This document shows positions 25,801 to 38,100 of a stretch of 64,000 bases of DNA, in pieces. The notes under the pieces are model-generated. The model had not been told where the DNA came from. It worked only from the letters and a program-made list of their open reading frames with translations, and did no database searches. This stretch comes from Antedon mediterranea. Taxonomy: Eukaryota > Animalia > Echinodermata. The stretch covers positions 21,067,175 to 21,131,174 of the forward strand of contig NC_092677.1 of assembly GCF_964355755.1 (NCBI RefSeq). Direction: 5' to 3'. The translations under genes and the position numbers were made by a program. Position 1 is the first letter of the stretch. Every line of letters begins with the position of its first letter.

Positions 25801-28800
25801 AAAAACACAAAAGAGCTTCAAATCGCATTTGGAGACGTTTTAGACCCTTTTGTGCATTTCGATGAAACTTGGTTACACAAAAACATCAAAGTGCTTAAAA
25901 TCACATTAGAAACCGTTTTAGACCATTTTGAGCATTTCGTTAAAACTTTTCACACAAAAACATCAAAGTCCACAAAATAGCTTAATATCGTATTCAAAAA
26001 CGTTTTAGACCATTTTGAGCATTTCGAAAAAACTTTTTCACACAAAACATCAAAGTTTACCAAAAAGCTTCAAATCGCATTTGGAGACGTTTTAGACCAT
26101 TTTGTGATTTTCGAAAAAACTTGTTAACATAAAAACACCAAAGTGCTCAGAATACCTTCAAATCGCATTTTGAGACGTTTTAGACCATTTTGTGATTTTC
26201 GAAAAAACAACATAAAAACACCAAAGTGCTCAGAATACCTTCAAATCGCATTTGGAGACGTTTTAGACCATTTTATGATTTTGGAAAAAACTTGTTAACA
26301 TAAAAACACCAAAGTGCTTAGAAAAGCTTCAAATCGCATTTGGAGACGTTTTAGACCCTTTTGTGCATTTCGATGAAACTTGGTTACACAAAAACATCAA
26401 AGTGCTTAAAATCACAGTAGAAACCGTTTTAGACCATTTTGAGCATTTCGTTAAAATTTTTCACAGAAAAACATCAAAGAGCAAAAAATAGCTTAATATC
26501 GTATTTAAAAACGTTTTAGACCATTTTGAGCATTTCGACAAAACTTTTTCACACAAAACATCAAAGTGTACAGATAAGCTTCAAATCGCATTTGGAGACG
26601 TTTTAAACCATTTTGAGCATTTCGATAAAATTTTACACACAAAAACATCAAAGTGCACAAAATAGCTTAATATGGTATTTAAAAACGTTTTAGACCATTT
26701 TGAGCATTTCAACAAAACTTTTTCTCACAAAACATCAAAGTGTACAGAATAGCTTCAAATCGCATTTGGAGACGTTTTAGACCATTTTGTGCATTTCGAT
26801 AAAACTTGGTTACACAAAAACATCAAAGTGCTTAAAATCACATTTTGAGCATTTCGTTAAAACTTTTCACACAAAAACATCAAAGTCCACAAAATAGCTT
26901 AATATCGTATTTAAAAACGTTTTAGACCATTTTGAGCATTTCGAAAAAACTTTTTCACACAAAAAATCAAAGTTTACAAAATAGCTTCAAATCGCATTTG
27001 GAGACGTTTTAGACCATTTTGTGATTTTCGAAAAAACTTGTTAACATAAAAACACCAAAGTGCTCAGAATACCTTCAAATCGCATTTGGAGACGTTTTAG
27101 ACCATTTTGTGATTTTCGTAAAAACTTGTTAACATAAAAACACCAAAGTGCTTAGAAAAGTTTCAAATCGCATTTGGAGACGTTTTAGACCATTTTGTTC
27201 ATTTCGATGAAACTTGGTTACACAAAAACATCAAATTGCACAAAATGGCTTAATATGGTATGGGAAAACGTTTTAGACCATTTTGAACATTTCGAGAAAA
27301 CTTTTTCACACAAAACTTCAAAGTGTACAGAATAGCTTCAAATCGCATTAGAAACCGTTTTAGACCATTTTGAGCATTTCGAAAAAACTTTTTCACACAA
27401 AACATCAAAGTTTACAAAATAGCTTCAAATCACATTTGGAGACGTTTTAGACCATTTTGTGATTTTCAAAAAAACTTGTTAACATAAAAACACCAAAGTG
27501 CTCAGAATACCTTCAAATCGCATTTTGAGACGTTTTAGACCATTTTGTGATTTTCGGAAAAACTTGTTAACATAAAAACACCAAAGTGCTTAGAAAAGCT
27601 TCAAATCGCATTTGGAGACGTTTTAGACCATTTTGTAATTTTCGAAAAAACTTGTTAACATAAAAACACCAAAGTGCTCAAAATACCTTCACATCGCATT
27701 TTGAGACGTTTTAGAGCATTTTGTGATTTTCGAAAAAACTTGTTAACATAAAAACACCAAAGTGCTTAGAAAAGCTTGAAATCGCATTTGGAGACGTTTT
27801 AGACCATTTTGTGCATTTCGATGAAACTTTGTTACACAAAAACATCAAAGTGCTTAAAATCACATTTTGAGCATTTCGTTAAAACTTTTCACACAAAAAC
27901 ATCAAAGAGTAAAAAATAGCTTAATATCGTATTTAAAAACGTTTTAGACCATTTTGAGCATTTCGACAAAATTTTTTCACACAAAACATCAAAGTGTACA
28001 GAATAGCTTTAAATCGCATTTGGAGACGTTTTAGACCATTTTGTTCATTTCGATGAAACAAAAACACAAAAACATCAAATTGCACAAAATGGCTTAATAT
28101 GATATGGGAAAACGTTTTAGACCATTTTGAACATATCGTTAAAAGTTTTCACACAAAAACATCAAAGTCCACAAAATAGCTTAATATCGTATTTAAAAAC
28201 GTTTTAGACCATTTTGAGCATTTCGAAAAATGTTTTCACACAAAACATCAAAGTTTACAAAATAGCTTCAAATCGCACTTGGAGACGTTTTAGACCATTT
28301 TGTGATTTTCGAAAAAACTTGTTAACATAAAAACACCAAAGTACTCAGAATACCTTCAAATCGCATTTTGAGACGTTTTAGACCATTTTGTGATTTTCGA
28401 AAAAACAACATAAAAGCACCAAAGTGCTCAGAATACCTTCAAATCGCATTTGGAGACGTTTTAGACCATTTTGTGATTTTCGAAAAAACTTGTTAACATA
28501 AAAACACCAAAGTGCTCAGAATACCTTCAAATCGTATTTTGAGACGTTTTAGACAATTTTGTGATTTTCGAAAAAACTTGTTGACATAAAAAAACCAAAG
28601 TGCTTAGAAAAGCTTCAAATCGCATTTGGAGACGTTTTAGACCATTTTGTGCATTTCGATGAAACTTGGTTACACAAAAACATCAAAGTGTACAGAATAG
28701 CTTCAAATCGCATTAGAAACCGTTTAGACCATTTTAAGCATTTCGAAAAAACTTTTTCACACAAAACATCAAAGTGTACAAAATAGCTTCAAATCGCATT

Positions 28801-31800
28801 TGGAGACGTTTTAGACAATTTTGTGATTTTCGAAAAAACTTGTTTACATAAAAACACCAAAGTGCTTAGAAAAGCTTCAAATCGCATTTGGAGACGTTTT
28901 AAACCATTTTGTTCATTTCGATGAAACTTGGTTACACAAAAACATCAAAGAGCACAAAAGTATTTAAAAACGTTTTAGACCATTTTGAGCATTCCGACAA
29001 AACTTTTTCACACAAAACATCAAAGTGTACAGAATAGCTTTAAATCGCATTTGGAGACGTTTTAGACAATTTTGTAGTTTTCTAAAAAACTTGTTAACAT
29101 AAAAACACAAAAGAGCTTCAAATCGCATTTGGAGACGTTTTAGACCCTTTTGTGCATTTCGATGAAACTTGGTTACACAAAAACATCAAAGTGCTTAAAA
29201 TCACATTAGAAACCGTTTTAGACCATTTTGAGCATTTCGTTAAAACTTTTCACACAAAAACATCAAAGTCCACAAAATAGCTTAATATCGTATTTAAAAA
29301 CGTTTTAGACCATTTTGAGCATTTCGAAAAAACTTTTTCACACAAAACATCAAAGTTTACAAAATAGCTTCAAATCGCATTTGGAGACGTTTTAGACCAT
29401 TTTGTGATTTTCGAAAAAACTTGTTAACATAAAAACACCAAAGTGCTCAGAATACCTTCAAATCGCATTTTGAGACGTTTTAGACCATTTTGTGATTTTC
29501 GAAAAAACTTAACATAAAAACACCAAAGTGCTCAGAATACCTTCAAATCGCATTTGGAGACGTTTTAGACCATTTTGTGATTTTCGAAAAAACTTGTTAA
29601 CATAAAAACACCAAAGTGCTCAGAATACCTTCAAATCGCATTTTGAGACGTTTTAGACTATTTTGTGATTTTCGGAAAAACTTGTTAACATAAAAACACC
29701 AAAGTGCTTAGAAAAGCTTCAAATCGCATTTGGAGACGTTTTAGACCATTTTGTGATTTTCGAAAAAACTTGTTTACATAAAAACACCAAAGTGCTAAGA
29801 ATAGCTTCCAATCGCATTTGGAGACGTTTTAGACCCTTTTGTGCATTTCGATGAAACTTGGTTACACAAAAACATCAAAGTGCTTAAAATCACATTAGAA
29901 ACCGTTTTAGACCATTTTGAGCATTTCGTTAAAATTTTTCACAGAAAAACATCAAAGAGCAAAAAATAGCTTAATATCGTATTTAAAAACGTTTTAGACC
30001 ATTTTGAGCATTTCGACAAAACTTTTTCACACAAAACATCAAAGTGTACAGAATAGCTTCAAATCGCATTTGGAGACGTTTTAACCCATTTTGAGCATTT
30101 CGATAAAATTTTACACACAAAAACATCAAAGTGCACAAAATAGCTTAATATGGTATTTAAAAACGTTTTAGACCATTTTGAGCATTTCAACAAAACTTTT
30201 TCTCACAAAACATCAAAGTGTACAGAATAGCTTCAAATCGCAATTGGAGACGTTTTAGACCATTTTGTGCATTTCGATGAAACTTGGTTACACAAAAACA
30301 TCAAAGTGCTTAAAATCACATTTTGAGCATTTCGTTAAAACTTTTCACACAAAAACATCAAAGTCCACAAAATAGCTTAATATCGTATTTAAAAACGTTT
30401 TAGACCATTTTGAGAATTTCGAAAAAACTTTTCCACACAAAACATCAAAGTTTACAAAATAGCTTCAAATCGCATTTGGAGACGTTTTAGACCATTTTGT
30501 GATTTTCGAAAAAACTTGTTAACATAAAAACACCAAAGTGCTAAGAATACCTTCAAATCGCATTTGGAGACGTTTTAGACCCTTTTGTGCATTTCGATGA
30601 AACTTGGTTACACAAAAACATCAAAGTGCTTAAAATCACATTAGAAACCGTTTTAGACCATTTTGAGCATTTCGTTAAAATTTTTCACAGAAAAACATCA
30701 AAGAGCAAAAAATAGCTTAATATCGTATTTAAAAACGTTTTAGACCATTTTGAGCATTTCGACAAAACTTTTTCACACAAAACATCAAAGTGTACAGAAT
30801 AGCTTCAAATCGCATTTGGAGACGTTTGAACCCATTTTGAGCATTTCGATAAAATTTTACACACAAAAACATCAAAGTGCACAAAATAGCTTAATATGGT
30901 ATTTAAAAACGTTTTAGACCATTTTGAGCATTTCAACAAAACTTTTTCTCACAAAAAATCAAAGTGTACAGAATAGCTTCAAATCGCATTTGGAGACGTT
31001 TTAGACCATTTTGTGCATTTCGATGAAACTTGGTTACACAAAAACATCAAAGTGCTTAAAATCACATTTTGAGCATTTCATTAAAACTTTTCACACAAAA
31101 ACATCATAGTCCACAAAATAGCTTAATATCGTATTTAAAAACGTTTTAGACCATTTTGAGCATTTCGAAAAAACTTTTCCACACAAAACATCAAAGTTTA
31201 CAAAATAGCTTCAAATCGCATTTGGAGACGTTTTAGACCATTTTGTGATTTTCGAAAAAACTTGTTAACATAAAAACACCAAAGTGCTCAGAATACCTTC
31301 AAATCGCATTTGGAGACGTTTTAGACCCTTTTGTGCATTTCGATGAAACTTGGTTACACAAAAACATCAAAGTGCTTAAAATCACATTAGAAACCGTTTT
31401 AGACCATTTTGAGCATTTCGTTAAAATTTTTCACAGAAAAACATCAAAGAGCAAAAAATAGCTTAATATCGTATTTAAAAACGTTTTAGACCATTTTGAG
31501 CATTTCGACAAAACTTTTTCACACAAAACATCAAAGTGTACAGAATAGCTTCAAATCGCATTTGGAGACGTTTTAACCCATTTTGAGCATTTCGATAAAA
31601 TTTTACACACAAAAACATCAAAGTGCACAAAATAGCTTAATATGGTATTTAAAAACGTTTTAGACCATTTTGAGCATTTCAACAAAACTTTTTCTCACAA
31701 AACATCAAAGTGTACAGAATAGCTTCAAATCGCATTTGGAGACGTTTTAGACCATTTTGTGCATTTCGATGAAACTTGGTTACACAAAAACATCAAAGTG

Positions 31801-33882
31801 CTTAAAATCACATTTTGAGCATTTCGTTAAAACTTCTCACAAAACATCAAAGTGTACAGAATAGCTTCAAATCGCATTTGGAGACGTTTTAGACCATTTT
31901 GTGCATTTCGATGAAACTTGGTTACACAAAAACATCAAAGTGCTTAAAATCACATTTTGAGCATTTCGTTAAAACTTTTCACACAAAAACATCAAAGTCC
32001 ACAAAATAGCTTAATATCGTATTTAAAAACGTTTTAGACCATTTTGAGCATTTCGAAAAAACTTTTCCACACAAAACATCAAAGTTTACAAAATAGCTTA
32101 AAATCGCATTTGGAGACGTTTTAGACCATTTTGTGATTTTCGAAAAAACTTGTTAACATAAAAACACCAAAGTGCTCAGAATACCTTCAAATCGCATTTG
32201 GAGACGTTTTAGACCATTTTGTGATTTTCGAAAAAACTTGTTAACATAAAAATACCAAAGTGCTCAGAATACCTTCAAATCGTATTTTGAGACGTTTTAG
32301 ACAATTTTGTGATTTTCAAAAAAACTTGTTAACATAAAAACACCAAAGTGCTTAGAAAAGCTTCAAATCGCATTTGGAGACGTTTTAGACCATTTTGTGC
32401 ATTTCGATGAAACTTGGTTACACAAAAACATCAAAGTGTACAGAATAGCTTCAAATCGCATTAGAAACCGTTTTAGACCATTTTAAGCATTTCGAAAAAA
32501 CTTTTTCACACAAAACATCAAAGTGTACAAAATAGCTTCAAATCGCATTTGGAGACGTTTTAGACAATTTTGTGATTTTCGAAAAAACTTGTTTACATAA
32601 AAACACCAAAGTGCTTAGAAAAGCTTCAAATCGCATTTGGAGACGTTTTAAACCATTTTGTTCATTTCGATGAAACTTGGTTACACAAAAACATCAAAGA
32701 GCACAAAAGTATTTAAAAACGTTTAAGACCATTTTGAGCATTCCGACAAAACTTTTTCACACAAAACATCAAAGTGTACAGAATAGCTTTAAATCGCATT
32801 TGGAGACGTTTTAGACCATTTTGTAGTTTTCGAAAAAACTTGTTAACATAAAAACACAAAAGAGCTTCAAATCGCATTTGGAGACGTTTTAGACCCTTTT
32901 GTGCATTTCGATGAAACTTGGTTACACAAAAACATCAAAGTGCTTAAAATCACATTAGAAACCGTTTTAGACCATTTTGAGCATTTCGTTAAAACTTTTC
33001 ACACAAAAACATCAAAGTCCACAAAATAGCTTAATATCGTATTCAAAAACGTTTTAGACCATTTTGAGCATTTCGAAAAAACTTTTTCACACAAAACATC
33101 AAAGTTTACAAAATAGCTTCAAATCGCATTTGGAGACGTTTTAGACCATTTTGTGATTTTCGAAAAAACTTGTTAACATAAAAACACCAAAGTGCTCAGA
33201 ATACCTTCAAATCGCATTTTGAGACGTTTTAGACCATTTTGTTATTTTCGAAAAAACAACATAAAAACACCAAAGTGCTCAGAATACCTTCAAATCGCAT
33301 TTGGAGACGTTTTAGACCATTTTGTGATTTTGGAAAAAACTTGTTAACATAAAAACACCAAAGTGCTCAGAATACCTTCAAATCGCATTTTGAGACGTTT
33401 TAGACCATTTTGTGATTTTCGAAAAAACTTAACATAAAAACACCAAAGTGCTCAGAATACCTTCAAATCGCATTTGGAGACGTTTTAGACCATTTTGTGA
33501 TTTTCGAAAAAACTTGTTAACATAAAAACACCAAAGTGCTCAGAATACCTTCAAATCGCATTTTGAGACGTTTTAGACTATTTTGTGATTTTCGGAAAAA
33601 CTTGTTAACATAAAAACACCAAAGTGCTTAGAAAAGCTTCAAATCGCATTTGGAGACGTTTTAGACCATTTTGTGATTTTCGAAAAAACTTGTTTACATA
33701 AAAACACCAAAGTGCTAAGAATAGCTTCCAATCGCATTTGGAGACGTTTTAGACCCATTTGTGCATTTCGATGAAACTTGGTTACATAAAAACATCAAAG
33801 TGCTTAAAATCACATTAGAAACCGTTTTAGACCATTTTGAGCATTTCGTTAAAATTTTTCACAGAAAAACATCAAAGAGCAA
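16854..33882. repeat. Satellite array, subfamily B with variable higher-order blocks
   Basis: Continuous head-to-tail monomers in the same orientation as the rest of the array. Confidence 0.97.
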
Positions 33883-35029
33883 CTAGATTTGAACTCGTCA
33901 CTTCGGACGAGTTAGGTTATCCGCAGCGCAAAAGCCACGTGCACGTCATACGTTAGAATATTGCGCGCAGAAAAACGATTATGCCATTGAAAAAAATGTT
34001 AGTGTGCCCTCTATTTTGTGTCACGTCTGAGTATATACGGTATAAACTATATACTGTATACGTACTACATACAGTGCAGAATAGGTGAAAATAAGTGGCC
34101 CAAGTTATTGACGCTTTTGGACATGATGACGTCATCACAATTTAAAAAACGGTATATCATGCGAAAGATAATTGATTGGCATAGACAATATAAAAAATGG
34201 GGGGAAATGGAATTAGGATAAGTGGAGATGCGCTCTATTAAATGTGATGAGCTATGACGAAAGAGACAAAAATCCTATATTTTATATTTGAGTGGCCATA
34301 CGATGACGTCACTATGTCCTGTTAGCCATATCGATGCATGATTCGATATCTGCAACTCATCAACTTCCAGAATGTGTAATTTAAAAAAAGTTCACCTCGT
34401 AGTTTACAATCTATGACTGTTTTTAAAAAGGCATAATTTTCATGAATTTTTGAACTTTTTCATCAAAAACGCGCGCAAATTGTTCAATTATACGTGCTCG
34501 TATGAGGTGATTTTAAGTCGAAATTGTTTGAAAGTTGGTAAATTTACTAAAAAAGATAGGAGAAACAAAAATCAAGCAAAAAAAAGATGTTTTTGTGCTA
34601 CGTGCGCACGCGCGCGTTAAAAAATTGCGCACGCGTGGGAATTTTTGAAATGCTTAAAATGACCTGAAACGCGTAGAAAGTTGATTAGAAAATGAATTTT
34701 CGCATTTTAAAATTTTAAACGCGCGTGCGCGCGTAACTTTTTGGAAAACTGCCATTTTAAATCCATAGAAAGTTAGCGCATGATATAAATTACACTTTTG
34801 CCAAGTTTCAATTAAAATTGCTTTTTGGTTTTCAATCTATGTTAAATACGCAAAATTCACAAAATCGCGCGTAACTAACGCTGCGCGCGACTCTAAAGTC
34901 AAAAAACGAAACGTCCTGCACATCTACAGCTACAGGTCAATCTTATGAAAAAGTTACAAAATCTTCTGTTTGCCAGAATTAGAGATACGCTGCCAACAAA
35001 ATTCAGGGAAAGAAAAAAGAATAACATAG

Positions 35030-35060
<31 letters not shown>

Positions 35061-35102
35061 TCCTGACAATAACAAGGGGTTATCCGCCAAGAGCGGATAA
35101 CC
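33883..35102 (-). mobile_element. Helentron-associated non-autonomous element (HINE / DINE-1-like), 1220 bp
   Basis: Read on the minus strand: 5' hairpin GGTTATCCGC-TCTTG-GCGGATAACC (35078-35102), T-run (A29 at 35030-35058), 3' subterminal IR (33915-33924), stem-loop AACTCGTC-N6-GACGAGTT (33892-33913) and a CTAG terminus. It sits in an A/T run with 2 extra A relative to the empty site GAGC-AAAAAA-TAGC. Confidence 0.85.
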
Positions 35103-38100
35103 AAAAAATAGCTTAATATCGTATTTAAAAACGTTTTAGACCATTTTGAGCATTTCGACAAAACTTTTTCACACAAAACATCAAAGTGTACAGAATAGCT
35201 TCAAATCGCATTTGGAGACGTTTTAACCCATTTTGAGCATTTCGATAAAATTTTACACACAAAAACATCAAAGTGCACAAAATAGCTTAATATGGTATTT
35301 AAAAACGTTTTAGACCATTTTGAGCATTTCAACAAAACTTTTTCTCACAAAGCATCAAAGTGTACAGAATAGCTTCAAATCGCATTTGGAGACGTTTTAG
35401 ACCATTTTGTGCATTTCGATGAAACTTGGTTACACAAAAACATCAAAGTGCTTAAAATCACATTTTGAGCATTTCGTTAAAACTTTTCACACAAAAACAT
35501 CAAAGTCCACAAAATAGCTTAATATCGTATTTAAAAACGTTTTAGACCATTTTGAGCATTTCGAAAAAACTTTTCCACACAAAACATCAAAGTTTACAAA
35601 ATAGCTTCAAATCGCATTTGGAGACGTTTTAGACCATTTTGTGATTTTCGAAAAAACTTGTTAACATAAAAACACCAAAGTGCTCAGAATACCTTCAAAT
35701 CGCATTTGGAGACGTTTTAGACCATTTTGTGATTTTCGAAAAAACTTGTTAACATAAAAACACCAAAGTGCTCAGAATACCTTCAAATCGTGTTTTGAGA
35801 CGTTTTAGACCATTTTGTGATTTTCGAAAAAACTTGTTAACATAAAAACACCAAAGTGCTCAGAATACCTTCAAATCGCATTTGGAGACGTTTTAGACCA
35901 TTTTGTGATTTTCGTAAAAACTTGTTAACATAAAAACACCAAAGTGCTTAGAAAAGCTTCAAATCGCATTTGGAGACGTTTTAGACCATTTTGTGATTTT
36001 CGAAAAAACTTGTTTACATAAAAACACCAAAGTGCTAAGAATAGCTTCCAATCGCATTTGGAGACGTTTTAGACCCTTTTGTGCATTTCGATGAAACTTG
36101 GTTACACAAAAACATCAAAGTGCTTAAAATCACATTAGAAACCGTTTTAGACCATTTTGAGCATTTCGTTAAAATTTTTCACAGAAAAACATCAAAGAGC
36201 AAAAAATAGCTTAATATCGTATTTAAAAACGTTTTAGACCATTTTGAGCATTTCGACAAAACTTTTTCACACAAAACATCAAAGTGTACAGAATAGCTTC
36301 AAATCGCATTTGGAGACGTTTTAACCCATTTTGAGCATTTCGATAAAATTTTACACACAAAAACATCAAAGTGCACAAAATAGCTTAATATGGTATTTAA
36401 AAACGTTTTAGACCATTTTGAGCATTTCAACAAAACTTTTTCTCACAAAACATCAAAGTGTACAGAATAGCTTCAAATCGCATTTGGAGACGTTTTAGAC
36501 CATTTTGTGCATTTCGATGAAACTTGGTTACACAAAAACATCAAAGTGCTTAAAATCACATTTTGAGCATTTCGTTAAAACTTTTCACACAAAAACATCA
36601 AAGTCCACAAAATAGCTTAATATCGTATTTAAAAACGTTTTAGACCATTTTGAGCATTTCGAAAAAACTTTTCCACACAAAACATCAAAGTTTACAAAAT
36701 AGCTTCAAATCGCATTTGGAGACGTTTTAGACCATTTTGTGATTTTCGAAAAAACTTGTTAACATAAAAACACCAAAGTGCTCAGAATACCTTCAAATCG
36801 TGTTTTGAGACGTTTTAGACCATTTTGTAATTTTCGAAAAAACTTGTTAACATAAAAACACCAAAGTGCTCAGAATACCTTCACATCGCATTTTGAGACG
36901 TTTTAGACCATTTTGTGATTTTCGAAAAAACTTGTTAACATAAAAACACCAAAGTGCTTAGAAAAGCTTGAAATCGCATTTGGAGACGTTTTAGACCATT
37001 TTGTGCATTTCGATGAAACTTGGTTAAAGTGCTTAAAATCACATTTTGAGCATTTCGTTAAAACTTTTCACACAAAAACATCAAAGAGTAAAAAATAGCT
37101 TAATATCGTATTTAAAAACGTTTTAGACCATTTTGAGCATTTCGACAAAATTTTTTCACACAAAACATCAAAGTGTACAGAATAGCTTTAAATCGCATTT
37201 GGAGACGTTTTAGACCATTTTGTTCATTTCGATGAAACAAAAACACAAAAACATCAAATTGCACAAAATGGCTTAATATGATATGGGAAAACGTTTTAGA
37301 CCATTTTGAACATTTCGTTAAAAGTTTTCACAAAAAAACATCAAAGTCCACAAAATAGCTTAATATCGTATTTAAAAACGTTTTAGACCATTTTGAGCAT
37401 TTCGAAAAAACTTTTTCACACAAAACATCAAAGTTTACAAAATAGCTTCAAATCGCATTTGGAGACGTTTTAGACCATTTTGTGATTTTCGAAAAAACAT
37501 GTTAACATAAAAACACCAAAGTGCTCAGAATACCTTCAAATCGCATTTTGAGACGTTTTAGACCATTTTGTGATTTTCGAAAAAACTTGTTAACATAAAA
37601 ACACCAAAGTGCTCAGAATACCTTCAAATCGTGTTTTGAGACGTTTTAGACCATTTTGTGATTTTAGAAAAAAAAGTTAACATAAAAACACCAAAGTGCT
37701 CAGAATACCTTCAAATCGCATTTGGAGACGTTTTAGACCATTTTGTGATTTTCGAAAAAAACTTGTTAACATAAAAACACCAAAGTGCTCAGAAAAGCTT
37801 CAAATCGCAATTGTAGACGTTTTAAACCATTTTGTTCATTTCGATGAAACTTGGTTACACAAAAACATCAAATTGCACAAAATGGCTTAATATGGTATGG
37901 GAAAACGTTTTAGACCATTTTGAACATTTCGAGAAAACTTTTTCACACAAAACTTCAAAGTGTACAGAATAGCTTCAAATCGCATTAGAAACCGTTTTAG
38001 ACCATTTTGAGCATTTCGAAAAAACTTTTTCACACAAAACATCAAAGTTTACAAAATAGCTTCAAATCGCATTTGGAGACGTTTTAGACCATTTTGTGAT

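Noticed and set aside
35030-35058. Poly(A) tail suggesting a SINE or retrocopy
   Set aside because: The A-run is internal, about 45 bp from the end and followed by a terminal hairpin. There is no long TSD, and the termini fit a HINE.
33953-35090. Short ORFs in the HINE (and 51591-51794 in the MITE)
   Set aside because: No Rep/helicase or transposase motifs; one is simply the T-run read as poly-Phe.
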